From Hormiphora californensis (lineage: Eukaryota; Animalia; Ctenophora): a stretch of DNA of 64,000 bases. Made by a program: the position numbers and the translations under genes. The notes below the pieces were generated by a model that made no database searches, was not told the DNA's origin, and saw only the letters and a program-made list of their open reading frames with translations. Shown here in pieces: positions 62,648 to 64,000 of the stretch (positions within the stretch are counted from its first letter, which is position 1; every line of letters starts with the position of its first letter). The stretch lies in the NCBI GenBank assembly GCA_020137815.1, contig CM035351.1, positions 5,270,001 to 5,334,000 of the forward strand. Direction: 5' to 3'.

Positions 62648-64000
62648 TCAATAAACCACTTCAACGTGGTCTGCCTGATCGAGGGGATGGTAGATCGGGG
62701 ATGTTGAGTGGGGAACATAGTTCCGAAACACATTCCTCGAGGCAAGGACATGAAACCTGTTGTTCACATGGAGTAGATCTATCTCGTTATCTTGGTGGAC
62801 GTACTTGCCTTCATATAAACAGGTCCCTCCCTCAGAAAAAACCACACACCTCACACCCAACTTCATCTCCAGCTGTGGGATGTCCTCGAAGGTCCAGGTA
62901 TCCTCAATTGTCTTGTTCACGATGTATTTGTTCAGTACAGCCTGGGTCTTCTTCTTTAGAGACTTCCTGCCTGCAAAGGGAGAGAAAACAGTGTTAGAGA
63001 AGTTGAGCAGCTTGATTGGCTTTCTGATGTACTACATCATGTAGGTGAATCAAACCCAAGAGCGCTGGCGAGCGCAGAGAGAATTTGTAAAAAATAATTT
63101 TTACCTTTCCTGTAGATGTTGGTGAGTTGATTCTCCAGCTCTTTCCGACGTTTTGGATCTCGAGTGGCTTTCTTCTGACGGACGATGGCGTTTCTTCGGA
63201 CAGCAACATAGAAACCGTATATCAGTGATGCCTCCTTCCTCTCATCTATGGTAATTATCGATCTTTTCTTTTTCACATCATTGTCTGACATGAGTTTCAC
63301 AGCAGGCTCCTGGTGGTGGACTGTCATCCTCAGTGCGGGCTGGTCAGCCTGGATACATTCCGGGTAGTGTGTGAACAGGTTGTAGATATCAGTGGCAATC
63401 TTCTCTGGCGTGACATCCCATAACCGTCCCTTGATGTGATCTCCAATGGTGGTCCTACTCTTGCTCTCAAGGTACATGCTGAATCTCGAGTTGATGTTGG
63501 AGTTTGTTCTGCATTTGGAAAAAAGGCTCTCGATTGTCTCTTTTAGATTCAGGAAGTTGATGTTGCCGTGGCTGAGCCCGGTAACGAACCAAGTACTGTT
63601 GTAGGGCCCCTCAATTGACAACGAGGCCTGCTCGTATGAGCTCAAAAGGCGTACCACAGTATCAACTGAATCTGGTAACGGGGCATGAGACGACTTCAAT
63701 CCTAGCGACTCCTCTGTCTCCCTTTTGATAGCAGGAATCGAAGACAAAAACTTGGAAATTGAGTCCATTGTATACCCATAGGGAGTGTTTAGCGGAGAGT
63801 TGTGAACAGGACTAGGAGGCTCTTGGTGCAAGCTGTCTGGTTCACGTTTCAGTTTTGGAACACAGGTCTCGATTGGCAATGGAACGGGCATTACTGGGTA
63901 CTCACAATTATAGGGGCCGGGTGGATGAAATGGCCAGTGTGTAGTAGGGAAAGCAACATGTTCCTCTGGATGCTCATTCCATTTTATCTCAAAAGCAGGT
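62648..64000 (-). CDS. Intron-containing gene resembling the N-terminal region of Polinton/Maverick protein-primed DNA polymerase, without polymerase; 5' end beyond window
   Basis: Frame open from the window edge to 63105; 134-bp GT-AG intron 63104-62971 joins in phase to exon 62970-62648. Motifs VTPEKIATDIYNL, KKKRSIITI...SLIYGFYVA, IYRKGRK, FEDIPQLE.KLGVRCVVFS..LYEG..IDLLHVNNRFHVL. Confidence 0.65.

Overview
Eukaryotic (metazoan-type) genomic DNA with short GT-AG introns, many microsatellites/minisatellites and MITEs. The style, and the 109-bp hAT MITE at 3282, recall a pleurobrachiid ctenophore (recollection, not verified). Genes assembled by hand from exon phases: a Raf-type RBD + SH2 + multi-YxxM adaptor (+, 845-7062); a secreted sushi + degenerate CAP protein (+); then a co-oriented minus-strand run of ERCC6L/PICH, TBCK, PICALM, RAD18 (hosting a nested opposite-strand degenerate sulfotransferase-like gene), a YjbQ/UPF0047 gene and MLH1. 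These are followed by an ~11-kb transposon nest containing a full-length intact L2/CR1-group LINE, IQUB (+, one frameshift), an ankyrin-TRP channel (-) and, at the right edge, an intron-containing gene resembling the N-terminal region of a Polinton/Maverick protein-primed DNA polymerase with no polymerase attached. Most notable: (1) that putatively domesticated Polinton-derived gene; (2) recurrent tandem repeats that duplicate real splice junctions, including a 21x in-frame donor array whose variants are almost all synonymous; (3) an unusual RBD-SH2-YxxM scaffold; (4) PICH with eight N-terminal TPR-like units; (5) an AUG-less LINE ORF2 with an A_AAA_AAC slippery site; (6) a candidate ~140-nt structured RNA upstream of ERCC6L. 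All homology calls come from motif recognition, not database searches, and exon boundaries are manual.
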